Assembly (NCBI RefSeq): GCF_963921235.1 | Contig: NC_086097.1 | Location: 95,420,001 to 95,484,000, forward strand | DNA from: Mobula hypostoma | Lineage: Eukaryota | Length of the DNA stretch: 64,000 bases | Direction: 5' to 3' | Shown here: positions 24,030 to 35,949 of the stretch, piece by piece | How the letters are laid out: each line of letters begins with the position of its first letter | How positions within the stretch are numbered: position 1 is the stretch's first letter | Notes under the pieces: model-generated | Told to the model about the DNA's origin: nothing | Seen by the model: only the letters and a program-made list of their open reading frames with translations | Database searches by the model: none | Position numbers and translations under genes: made by a program

Positions 24030-25590
24030 AAACAAGTGGAGTTTCTTTGGCCTAATGTGTTGAAGCTGGTCAAAGACAGCAACCCAATTTAATTTCATCT
24101 TCTAGTTATGACACTTCATTAATCATCCTTGAATGCTTAAATATTATGAAGGTTTCTATCTCAACCAACCTTGCAGACTGTGTGTTCCAGACCTCTACTA
24201 CTCTTCAGGTGATTTGTTTGCCTTATTTGCCCTGTAATACTTCTAACAGTTACTTTAAATCTATATCCCTTCTGCGAAGGGAAATAGATCTCCTTATTTG
24301 CGTTAAGCCCCTCTGTTTTCTATATCTCTTTCAGGTCCTTTCTCAACCTGCTCTATTTCAAAGGAAAAACTTGAGCTTATCCGGTCTTCCCTCATAGCTA
24401 CAAAACTCCAGTTATTGCAATACTTTCATTGATCTCCTTTGTACTTGCTCCAGTACAATCACATCTCTCCTATAGTCTGCTGACCAGAACAGTAAGCAAT
24501 AGTCAAGCTGATGCCTACCTAGTGTGGTGTACTGTTCCACCATAACCTTCTTGCTTATATATCTTATGTTTTGTCTAACAGAGGAAAATAATCCATATAT
24601 ATCATTAACCATCTTGTTGACTTACTTTGCTACCTTTCACAGTCCATGATTCTTTGTTCCACCACACCACTCAAGTTTATCCCATTTATTGTATATTCTT
24701 TTGACCTTGTTGCACTTCTCTACCTGGATTATTTCAAGTCTATAAATTAAATTCTATTTGAAATTCTTCGGCACAAATGACCTATATCTTCTTATCACAA
24801 ACAAGAAAAAATCTGCAGATGCTGGACATCCAAGCAACACATACAAAATGCTGAAGGAACTCAGCAGGCCAGGCAGCATCTGTGAGAGTCCAGATGATGT
24901 TTCAGGCTGAGACCCTTCTGCAGGACCATAGATCTGGCCTGCTGAGTTCCTCCGGCATTTGGTGTGTGTTACCTATATCTTCCTAGTGTTTGAAGTTTTC
25001 CCCCTCACTGTAAACTACAAGTGTTGATTATCTCTAAACTTCTTCATCACATCTCCTACATTTAGATCATGGCATTTTAATTACTCATCTTAGAAATTCT
25101 TAAACGTAATGAAAATTTCTGCATTGTTTCTGCAGTCAACATTGTTGGCTGTGAACTTCTGAACCCTGCACTCATATCATAGATACTACTTTACTACTTA
25201 TCAATAAATTATTACTACTTATTAATAAATCACAACTGTATTTTATGTAAAACAAGGACTAAGTTTAGAGTTCTATGGATTCCCACTGGGACTGCCTTGC
25301 AGTTTCAAAAAAAATGTCCTCAGCAACACCACTGAGCCAATTTTGGATCCAACTTGCCACTTGCTGACCAGCTTGCCAACATGAAGCCTTTCTAAACACC
25401 ACACTACTCTCACCAAACCTCCACAAAGAATTAAATCAAGTTATTCAGACTTGACCTTCCCATAGCAAATCCAGGCTGGTTGTACCCAATTAATCTACTA
25501 CTTTCTCTATGAAGGCTCATATTTTTCCTTAGAATCAACTCCAATAATTTGCCCATCACCAAAGTTAACCCAACGGGCCTATAATTACTT
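24030..25590 (-). mobile_element. Highly decayed CR1 LINE
   Basis: NYRPVGLTLVMGKLLE (25431-25628) and YRRDVIVLEQVQRR (24412-24612) remnants. Confidence 0.8.
24795..24970. mobile_element. Mini Penelope-like insertion, inverted 3' termini
   Basis: Family 3' end in both orientations; TSD ACCTATATCTTC[T/C]TA at 24780-24794 and 24971-24985. Confidence 0.88.
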
Positions 25591-27326
25591 AGTTTATTAT
25601 TGTGGTCAGTCTTTCGTTCTGAATGCACTTTGTAACCTTCAGAGCACTCAGTCTAAGCTGCGAGCCACTAAGAACAAACAACTGCTTTTTGAAGAGTTTG
25701 AAGCCTTTAACAGATGTCAGTATTGACACACCAAGCCAGCCGTAGAAACACTTTATTTTTTGATGGAGCTGAAGCATTACACGGGTCAGTACCGAACAGA
25801 GTACTACACGACCACAGCCCAGCAGGAGAACTCGCAGGGACTGCGTGTGGAATTCCAGCTTGCAGCTCAGCCCCTTGGGTACAAATGCACTCATTTGTTT
25901 GTGTCACCTTTACTCGCTCTCTAAATGGCTTCAGAGAGAGCAATGGGTCAGTTTCTTATACTCTTGCAGGATTAAGAGCATGTTTTCTTTCTCTTATACG
26001 CTTGTTTGGCAAATTATAGAATCATGCAGTTCAGGATAAAAGGCTCTTTGTGCTTCTGCTGGTTCTTTGAATTGATCCAATCAATCCCCATCTCCTGTTC
26101 TCTTTCCTCAGTCCTGCATTTTCAAGTTTGTTGTTTATAAATCTACTACAGAATCAGTTTCCACCATCCTTAAAGGCATTGCATATCAGAACACTTCATC
26201 TTTTCTGAATTTTAAATCTTTGCCATCCATTTGCCACAATGCTAACTGCTGCAAGGTCATATCCTTCCAGATGTATGAGACTCTCTTGATTTTGAGCACC
26301 AGTATTCCACATCTTTTTTAGCATTCTGTTCTAATGTAAGTAAACAGTTTCTCCAAACTAAATCAGACTAAGTCCCTCATGGCTGGATCAGCCAAAACTC
26401 ATATTTATGTAAGGCCTGACAATTGATAGCAAATCCAAAAGTTTCAAGGAATAAGAAAAAAATGTCCCACTAAAGTTTGGACAAGTTCAGTTTATGCACT
26501 GACCTCTTGAATGACCGAATGTTGTTGCTGACAGGCTGGAAGTTTTAGTCAACATTCATACTTTAAGAGAATTGATATAAAAACTAGGAGACTTTAAACA
26601 GGTTCAAAATACATATGGTTATTGTTAAGGTCAGTGTGTTCAGTCCACGCAGGCAAAGTTTGAAGATTAGTGTATCTGCAATATTACAAGCTGTGTGCTC
26701 TAAGAGTCCAATGGAGCTATACAGCCTTCTGAACAGCAGCACCGCTAGGTAATTGATATGCCTTGTAAGTTTAACTATTACAACTTCTAGAGTATTTAAA
26801 TCACAAAATTCCCTGCAAAACGAAGTTGGCCATTTGTCTTAACTCACTGGCATTCATGCTCAAATTGCTCTAACTCATATTATCCTATCAGCATTATCTT
26901 CTACCCAGGTCTCCCCCGCTATCCGAAGGTAGAGCGTTCCTATGAAATGGTTCGTAAGCCGGAATGTCGTAAAGTGAACAAGCAATTACCATCTATTAAT
27001 ATGGGAAAAATTTTTGAGCTTTCCCAGACCCAAAAAATAACTTACAAAATCATGCTAAATAACACATAAAACCTAAAATAACAGTAACATATAGTAAAAG
27101 CAGGAATGATATGATAAATACACAGCCTATATAAAGTAGAAATACTTTTCTGCAGCACTGTCTAGCGCAGCAAAAATCTCACGGCAGCACTCTTGGCGGA
27201 AACACGGCGCAAGCGCTCTCGGCAGAAACACTCTCTCCAGTAACCTTTAAGCTATGAAGCTGCCAAATCATACCAAATAACACAAAAATACACAGCCTAT
27301 ATAAAGTAGAAATAATGTATGTACAG

Positions 27327-27484
27327 AACAACAGGAATTCTGCAGATGCTGGAAATTCAAGCAACACACATCAAAGTTGCTGGTGAACGCAGCAGGCCAG
27401 GCAGCATCTCTAGGAAGAGGTGCAGTCGACGTAGCCCTGACGAAGGGTCTCGGCCTGAAACGTCGACTGCACCTCTTCCTACAG
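27327..27484. mobile_element. Mini Penelope-like insertion, inverted 3' termini, inside Tigger
   Basis: Inverted AGGAAGAGGTGCAGTCGACGT arms; TSD ATAATGTATGTAC[A/T]G at 27312-27326 and 27485-27499. The empty site is visible in the other Tigger copy near 7670-7690. Confidence 0.93.
27433..27468 (+). ncRNA. Minimal type I hammerhead ribozyme motif
   Basis: CTGACGA (27437-27443), short stem II, GAAACGTC, then GACT. One mismatch in stem I. Confidence 0.7.
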
Positions 27485-28367
27485 ATAATGTATGTACTGT
27501 GTAGTTTCACTTACTGGAATCGGGAAGACTCCAGTAAATTGCAGTTTCGTCACAGTTAAACACTTGCTTATACAAATAACCACCTTCTGTAATTATTTTC
27601 TTCAGTTCTGCTGGGAACTTTTCGGCAGATTCAGTATCAGCCCAAGCACTCTCTCCAGTAAACGTTAAACTATGAAGCTGCCCTCGCCTCAGAAACCAAT
27701 CAAACCACCCTTGACTGCCTTTAAATTCCACTTTCGCAACACTTTCATCACCATCATCCAGTGCTTTCTGTTTCAGTTTATTAAACAGACTGACTGATTT
27801 CTCTTTAAATATAAGAAAACTTAACGGAACACCACGCTTTGTACACCCATCAATCCACTCAAGCAATAGACTTTCCATTTTATCCATTATTGAATGCCGA
27901 CTAAGAGAGACCACTTTGCTACGAGCAGAACCAACAGTAACATTGGCAGCTTTCAAAATTCTTTCCCTCTACGTATAAATAGTGCGAATGGTGGACGCAG
28001 GCAAGTTCAATGCGCGGACCATGTCCTTACTTCGTTCACCACGATCAAACGCTTAATTATGTCTAGTTTTATGCTAAATGTAACACGCTTACTAGCTCTT
28101 TTAGGCTCTTCCAATACCTTAGAACTCATCTTGCTAACAGATCACAAAATAAATGGAGATAAAGCACGTGTTTAAGCAATGGCGGCTAGAATGCACTTCC
28201 GGGGGAGCAGCTTGGCTGCTCGGGGTACGTGCTGCCTTTTTTCGTTAACAGTGAAAACACTTCCTGTTAGCGAAAACAGGTAACTAATGTAGGTCTTTTG
28301 TAACAGTGAGGTGTTCGGAAAAAGGGGGCCACCTGTATTCATTTCTCCCTCATGCATTTATCTTGCT

Positions 28368-30600
28368 CAAGTTCAAGTTTATTGTCTTTCAACTGTATAG
28401 TGGTGAGATAAGTTCCTAGGATGAGCTGGGACACATCACCCACAATGTAACCTGGATCACTGGGTGGTTTGGGTCTTTCAGCATCAAACACACTCGCCCA
28501 AGTGACCCAGCCAAGGTTGATCAGGCCTCTTCATGTGACCCAACAGCATTGGTCCATGGGTCACACCTCTTGATCCATAGCCACCTGGAGGCTCCCTCAG
28601 CAGCCTCTGTGATGGCCTGATGGTTTTTCTCTTTGCAGCTCTTGTAATGCTGAGGAGAGAGTAGGTTCTGCAAAGTGAGTAGCCAGCAAAACCTCTACCT
28701 CCCACCTGGTTTGCACTGTACATGCATACCACCAAACGAAACAAAGTTCCTCTGGACCAAGGTGAACATATAACTCACGCACAGCACATAAAGTAATATT
28801 ACCTCAAATAAATTATATATATTCCAGAAGATGGGCATTTAGCATAAGATGCATTTATGATACAAGTAAAAAAAGTAAATACCATAACGTTACTGGCACC
28901 TCATACACGAGACCTGGGTAGCGACAGGGAGTTCAGTAGTCTCACAGCCTGAGGGAAGAAGCTAATTCCCATCCTAATAGTCCTTGTCTAATGCTATCAT
29001 ACCTTCTGCCTGATAGGAGGGGGAGAGGTCCTGCATACACAGGTTTCTGATAAATACTTTGGGATGGGTGCTAGGGAGACCCCAATGATCCTCTCAGCAG
29101 TCCTCGCAATCCTTCGTAGGGTCTTGCAATCAGATGCCTTCCAATTCCTGTACCAGAGAGTGATGCAACTGGTCAGGACACTCTCAATAAAAACAGTATT
29201 GTAAAAATTGGTTAGATTGCACAGGTTGGAGGTGGGCGAGGCCTCGCTCACCTCAATCTCCTCAGGAAATGGGGACACTGCTGTGTTTTCTTGATTAAAA
29301 AAGTGGTGCTGAGAGACCAGGTGAGATTGTCCTTTATATGCACTCCCAGAAATTTGGTGCTCCAAATTCCCTCAGAGGAGGAGCTGCTTACGTGCTGTGA
29401 GGAATGGTCAGTCCGCACCTTCCTAATAAGACGCAAGACCATAGTGAGGTAGATTATGAAGTCAATAGTCCACCTTATCATACTAGAGAACTATTTAGCA
29501 GTCTTAAAACTGCAGGCTAGAAGCTGGCCTTGAGCCTGGTGGAACGTTCTTTCAGACTTTTCCATCTGATAGAAAATAGGAGGAGAGAGATTATCTGGGG
29601 TGGGTGGGATTTTTTATTATACTAGCTAATTTATTGAAGCAACAAGAATAACTAGAGTCCATTAAGAGGAGGCCAGTTTCCATGATGTGCTGAACTGTGT
29701 CCACAAATCTGTAGTTTCTTATGGTCATGTGCAGACCAGTCGCCATAGCAAGCTGTTATGTATCCAAATAGATTGCTTTCTACAATGCATCAATATAAAT
29801 CTCAACAGAAACACATCAAATTTCTTCAGCCTCCCGAGGAAATAGAGGCATTGGTGAGCTCTTTTGGCCATGACGTCTATGTGGTTAGACTAGGACATGC
29901 TGTTGGTGATGTTCATTCCTAAGAACCTGAAGCTCTCAGCCCTGTCAACCTCAACATCAATGATGTGAACAGGAGTAAGTACTCTGCCATCCTTCCTGAA
30001 GTCAACGACCAGGTCTTCTGCTCTGATGACATTGAGAGAAATGTTCCTGTCACGGCACCATGCTACTAAGCTCTCTATCTCCTTCCTGTACTCGGACTCA
30101 TTAATATTTGAGATATGGCCGAATACAGCGGTAACATCTGCAAACTTGTAGATTGCCGTGCAGTCACTAGTACTTTGGGAGTAGAGTGAGGGCTGAGGAT
30201 GCAACCTTGTGGAGTACCAGCGTTTCGAATAATTGTGGCAGGGATGTTGTTGCCTATCATTATTGAGTGCAGTCTGTTGGCCAGGAAGTCAAGGATCCAA
30301 TTGTAGAGCAAAGAATTGACTCCTAGGGTCTGGAGTTTGATGATGAGTTTTCTTGGAAATATAGTATTGAAAGCTGAGCTGTAGTCAATAAACTATAGTT
30401 TGACATAGGTGTCTTTACTGTGCAGATGCTCCAGAGATGAGAGTCAGGCCTGGGAGATTGTAGACCTGTTTTGGCGGTAGGCAAATTGCAGTGAGTCAAG
30501 GTTGTTTGAGAGGCAAGAGCTAATGCATGCCATAACCAGCCTCCCAAAGCACTTCAATGATGGTAGATGTCAGAGCCATTGGGCTGCAGTAACTTAAGCA
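28368..30600 (-). mobile_element. Rex1/Babar fragments, at least two copies
   Basis: IESVLTSCITLWY, KFLGVHI, YKFADVTA and LYNWILDFL motifs; (TGAACT)n-type tail at 28368. Confidence 0.85.
28398..28714 (-). mobile_element. 3' fragment of a second, divergent HERO-type family
   Basis: EVGGRGFAGYSL..AEGASRWLWIKR-like C-terminus; 3' UTR similar to 10200-10320; ACTGTA on both sides (28392-28397, 28715-28720). Confidence 0.8.
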
Positions 30601-31639
30601 CATGTCTAGGAATGTGAATGTCAGTCTCACCTGGAAGGACTGTTCAAGACCTTGGCATCCCTCTAGTTCACTTATTAGCTCACTTCTCAATTACACTTAA
30701 GAAAAAGGATAATTGTTCACAGGAATATAAGGATGTTTTACTGAAAAATTGATCACACAAAGTTAAATTTTAAAAGATAGCCATGCTGACCTTATAAAAG
30801 AGAGACGTGGAAAAATATTACCAAAAAACAGAACTTAAAGTAGCATCTTTGGTTGTTTTTAAAAGGAAGCATGATGCAAAATTATAAAACAGGAAACCAT
30901 TTAATCAGAAATGGGGGAAGAACAGGGAAAAAATGTGATAGTGACATCTGTGGACAAGCAGTAGTAAAATCTGATCATTCTGCTTTGGTACAGAAAGGGT
31001 TAAGCCTAGTGTATTCACAAACACCACTTTCAGCTTTTAAGTTTACTTCAGATTTTCACCCCAAATCTCACAGAAAATGAGGACACTACTTCTTTGGAAC
31101 TGTTCTATGTATTTGAGCGCATTTTGGAGGTGGTTTGTGAGAGCAGGATAAGACAGAGGGGAATGAGAGGATGTTGTGTGCATAAGATTGTTCGGGGCCT
31201 ACAAAAGGAGCAGTGTCTCTCTAAACTGGCTTTGGGAAACTTCCTGGCTCTTTTTGGCTGTTATAATACAGTGTCTCAGACAGAACATCTGTTCGTTCTC
31301 CATTCACAGCATAGGGGGAGGGGAAACGATTCCACTTTAACACCTTCATGCCCAAGGGAATCTTTCTGCACCCTACCTAAAACATTAACCACAGCAAGGA
31401 GCTGCCTTTGTATCATAGCACAAAGGAGTCATTTCTACAGAATGGTCTTCCTGGAGTGGCAAGAAAAGTTGTATGGAGTGTATTATGAGGGCTGAGGTGG
31501 TCACCACATAGTCTCCTAAGGACCTCCTCCGCTTTATGGATCCAGAGTGAGCCCAAGCCACAGTCATATATCAATATGCTGGTATAACTTAATCTTAAAT
31601 CACATTAAAGGGCATGACAATGGTACTTTGTACTTTGTA

Positions 31640-31910
31640 AAAAAAAGCCATGCTTGCTTCTATATTCCTCACAACTTCCAGGATACACACAATCCTTTAC
31701 AGCCAAACATACTTTACAGTTGTAGATATGATTGAAACGTGGAACACCTGGCTGCCAATTTGTGCACAGCAAGCTCCCACAAACAGAAAAGTCACAATTT
31801 TCCAGATGAATATTAACTGGACGCTGGGAGAGTGTTTCCTTTTCCAACATAGCCCTGCAGAGTTTGTGGCTTAACGTCTCATCTGAAAGACAAGATGTCT
31901 GATGTAAGCA
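31640..31910 (-). mobile_element. Deu-domain SINE-like fragment
   Basis: Reverse complement GTCTTTCAGATGAGACGTTAAGCC matches the Deu-domain core. Related pieces at about 15700-15920, 22640-22960 and 39040-39340. Confidence 0.55.
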
Positions 31911-32683
31911 GCTTTAGGCAAAATCTCTCATAAAACACCCATATGTTCTTGATCATACATTTAGTTTGTATCAAACCTAGTATCATTGGCTCCTTTCCAG
32001 AATTTCCTGCTATGCTGTCGTCTTCATTCATGTTTCACTATCCTCAAATGACTTCTAAGTCCCAGTACTCCGATTACCAGGACCTTAATTTTAACTTTAT
32101 CCTGCCTTCAGGCTGATTCTGAGCTGCTTACTTATTCTCTGTAATTTTAGCAATATTGTTTCTGCTCTGAGCATATCCCTGAATGTGTATTTAGTTTCCC
32201 ACTTGTACTGCTTCCCATTTAATCCCCACACCCACAACTCTTCAGCTCAAACATTTTTCTGAAGCACTGCACATCTGTTTCACTTGGCCTTTAATACACC
32301 ATTAAATCTAACTCTATATCATCAGTGGAATCCAAGGCTAACAGTACTCCTTTAGTAATCACTGCTGGTGAATTTCTAACAGAATGCCAGTGGTCCAAAT
32401 CGCTTGCTGTTTAGTTCTGTTTGAATCTTATAACTTTCTCCTCTGAGTCTTACTGATCCATACATTTTGCCTTTAGGACTAGTAGTGATTTCACAATCTG
32501 GTGGGATTCTAGTCAAGCATTCCCTAGAGTATGCTGAACTACTCACAAGCATGAGGCCATACTGGCGTCACCATGCTCTGCATGCATGCAAGTGTGTAAC
32601 ATGTGCAAACAGAGCTACAAGTGAGTGTTTATTGTGCATGCCTGAGCAATAAGGCAATTGTGAACCAGCAAGTATAACAGAAT

Positions 32684-33582
32684 CACAAACAAAAGAAAAT
32701 CTGCAGATGCTAGAAATCCAAACAACACACACAAAATGCTGGAGGAATTCAACAGGCCAGACAACATCTATGGAAAAGTGTAAACAGCCAATGTTTCGGA
32801 TCGAAACCCTTCTTCAGGACTGGAGAAAAAGGATGAGAAGTCAGAGGAAGAAGGCCGGAGGAGGAGAGGAAGAACTACAACGTAGTAGGTGATACGTGAA
32901 ACCAGGAGGGGGTAGTGAAGTGAAGAGCTGGGAAGGTGATTAGTGAAAAAGATAAAGGGTTGGAGAAGGGGGAATCTGATAGGAGAGGGAGAAGGGGGAG
33001 GAGCACCAGAGGAAGATGATGGGCAGGTAAGGAGATAAGGTGAGATAGGGAAACGGGAATGGGGAATGAAGAGGGGAGGGGTGGGCAATTACCGTAAGTT
33101 CAAGAAATCAATGTTTGTTCCATCAGGTTGGAGGATACCCAGATGGAATACAAGGTGTTGCTCCTCCAACCTCAGTGTGGTATCATCGCGACAGTAGAGG
33201 AGGCCATGGACTGACATGTCAGAGTGGGAATGGGAAACAGAATTAAAATGGGTGTCCACCGAGAGATTCCACTTTGTCTGGCAGACTGAGCATAGGTGCT
33301 CAGCAAAGTAGTCTCCCAATCTTTGTCAGGTCTCACTGCTATACAGGAGGCCACACTGGGAGCACCAGGTACAGAAAGTGACCCCAACAAACTCACAGGT
33401 GAAGTGTTGCCTCTCCTGGAAGGACTGTTTAGGCCTGAATGGTAGTGAGGGAGAAGGTATGGCACTTGTTCCGCTTGCCAGGAGGGAGATCGGTGGGGAG
33501 AGATGATTGGACAAGGGAGTCCCTGTGGAAAGTGGGTGGTTGGGGCGGAGGGAAAGATGTGCTTGGTGGTGAGATCTTGTTG
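32684..33582 (-). mobile_element. Penelope-like element, single arm, 5'-truncated
   Basis: GIY-YIG remnant (CSQCGLLYSSET, LRLEEQHLVF) and 3' terminus; CTGAAGA..GAAAC hammerhead-like core near 32785-32822; possible degenerate TSD at 32671-32683 and 33583-33595 (10/13 match). Confidence 0.9.
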
Positions 33583-34169
33583 AGTACAAAATAATGATTG
33601 TGAGCAGAAGAATATCTCCATAAGCCTGTGAGTTTGCCTCTGGCTGTCTACCCAAGTTAATGTACATGCAAGAGAGTAATTACATGTGTAAGCACATCAC
33701 ATCTAGAATAAACCATCAGTCCTGTCAGCAATCTGTCGACCAACATGGATATTCTCTCCCTTCACTTCCAGCATAACGTGGCTGCAATACACATCATCTA
33801 CACAATGCAAAGCAATGAATGCCAAAGTTTTTCCCACAGCATCTCCCACAACTCTGAAGCCTTCTATCTTCCCAAGTCACACACCATCCTGAGAAGAAGA
33901 AATTACTATTTTTCCCATCGATACTAGTTTATGCCCTAACTGAATAACATTATGGAAGCATCTTCTTCAGAAGGGCTAAAACAGTTTAAGGAGGCAATCC
34001 TTCACCATCTTCAAGGACAAAGTACAATAGTGATGTTCACCACATTTGAAGAAACTGACATCAAATACCCCAATATGAAGATTGCATCTCCTTAGATCCT
34101 GCACAGATCAGCTAGCAAGGGTACTTGTAGACATTTCTCACCTCTGCCTGTTTTAATTTGCTTTAAGAA

Positions 34170-34640
34170 AACTATTATCAACCCAGTGCCTAAGATAAAG
34201 TGCTTTAATTACTGCTGCCTCATGGCTCTAACATCCACCATCATGAAGTGCTTGAACAAGCCGGTCAGGATCAGGTTTCTTGTCGTTGCCATGAGTCGTG
34301 AAATGTGTTGTTTGTTTTGTGTCAGCAATACGGTGCAGGCATAACAGATGACCGTAAATTGTAATTTAGTAAATAAATAGCGCAAAAGGGGAATAGCAAG
34401 GTACTGCTCATAGATGGTTCCCTTCTAATGGCAGAAGGGAAGAAGCCACGCTTGAAACATTGAGTATGGGTCTTCAGCTCCTGTACCTCCTCCCTGATGC
34501 AGTAATGAGAAGAGGACCATCCCAGATGGCCATGGCAGGCATTAACTCCAGCCTTCCAGACAACCTCGACCCTCTGCAATTCACCTACCACTGAAAGAGG
34601 TCTACAGTGGACACCATCTCCTTGGCCATACACTCATCTG
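34170..34640. mobile_element. Rex1/Babar fragments (plus RT piece interrupted by a minus 3' end)
   Basis: ALTSTIMKC and LDPLQF on plus; THTQCFKRGFFPSAIR on minus. Confidence 0.7.
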
Positions 34641-34856
34641 GCAGAATGCTGATTTCATATAGACCTTATCAGCCATCTAACAGCCTAAAGAATAAATGGA
34701 AAGAAGTCATCCTTGATCTTGAAGGACTTGTCACCAGATCAACTTAAGAAGTTTGGCTGGACATTTGAATCATTCAGCTTGGATTTTTCATTAATTGCTT
34801 TTCTCCATCAACATACTCTACATTACAATAACAGAAAAGCTTTTCAAAGATAAGGA

Positions 34857-35049
34857 ACAAGAGCAAATCTGCAGATGCTGGAAATCCAAGCAACACACAC
34901 AAAATGCTGGAAGAACTCAGCAGGCCAGGCAGCATCTATGAAAAAGAGTATAGTCAACATTTCAGGCTGAGACCCTTCAAAAGACTATGCTCTTTTTTAC
35001 AGATGCTGCCTGGCCTGCTGAGTTCCTCCAATTTTTTTTGTGTGTGTTG
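34857..35049. mobile_element. Mini Penelope-like insertion, inverted 3' termini
   Basis: Inverted arms; TSD TTCA[A/G]AGATAAGGA at 34843-34856 and 35050-35063. Confidence 0.9.
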
Positions 35050-35836
35050 TTCAGAGATAAGGACTTCAGTGCCTAAAGAAAATTTTAAACTAAGGCTAGT
35101 TCACTCTACACATGGTAGTGTTTGGATAGATCATGTAGGACTACTTTTCTTTTTGTTCCGGTAAGACAGGGTAGAGTGGCCTCTACTGTAAATTTAACCT
35201 ATGCTACACATAACTCAAGAATATCTGATAGATCAATTGGGAGGGTGTTTTATCCTGTATACACCTTGTGTGTTAAGAGTGGAGTTTATTTCACATTTTA
35301 CTCTTGCCATATTTGCTCTGAAATTAGTGCTATGCTGTACATACTAGTCTGATATATCCCAGCAAAAAGTATGAAATTAATTCTATATTACCTTGCAAGT
35401 TTTAAATGTGGCATTGTGTAGAAAGTTTCATATATAAACATATTTACATACAACTGAAACAGTATATGTTTAATGAGGCAGACTCCTTCTGTGCTCAACT
35501 GGGAGAATTTGCTGCTCGCACTGATCACTTTCTGTTATATCCGAATAAAGCACAAACTCAATTCCAAAAACATTAAATAAAACAAATTCAGATGTGAACG
35601 AAGCATTGATTTTGAAACTAGCAAACCACTGACATCTATGGATAAATAATTAGTACTACAAGCAGGTAAATGAATGCCATGTTTATTTAGTGAAACATAA
35701 AAAATGGTGAGAAAATTTGTCCCTGAACTTAACTATAGATTACTCCTTGCATATCAAATGACCGAGCAGAAGAGCTCAGCCGTTTTATCAAGAAAATGAT
35801 TATTCTCTAAAAATCCATTCAATTTGTTGTGTTTTT

Positions 35837-35949
35837 AAAAACGCAAACACGAGGAATTCTGCAGATGCTGGAAATTAGGGTCTTGGCCTGAAACGTCGGC
35901 TCTACGTCTTCCTAGAGATGCTGCCTGGTCTGCTGTGTTCACCAGCAAC
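35837..35949. mobile_element. Mini Penelope-like insertion, inverted 3' termini
   Basis: About 40 bp minus arm and 70 bp plus arm; exact 16-bp TSD TTCAATTTGTTGTGTT at 35818-35833 and 35950-35965. Confidence 0.9.

Larger units (their letters stand above)
26906..28335 (-). mobile_element. Tigger/pogo-type DNA transposon, deletion derivative keeping the CENP-B-type HTH and the first catalytic Asp
   Basis: Ends match the 6750-8102 family. ORF 27507-27956 has MESLLLEWI..FKGSQGWF..GESA.AD..QVFNCDETAIYW. TA at 28336-28337. Confidence 0.93.

Noticed and set aside
24795..35949. Short inverted elements as DNA-transposon MITEs
   Set aside because: Ends are asymmetric and variable, the sequence is the Penelope 3' end, and each internal junction differs.
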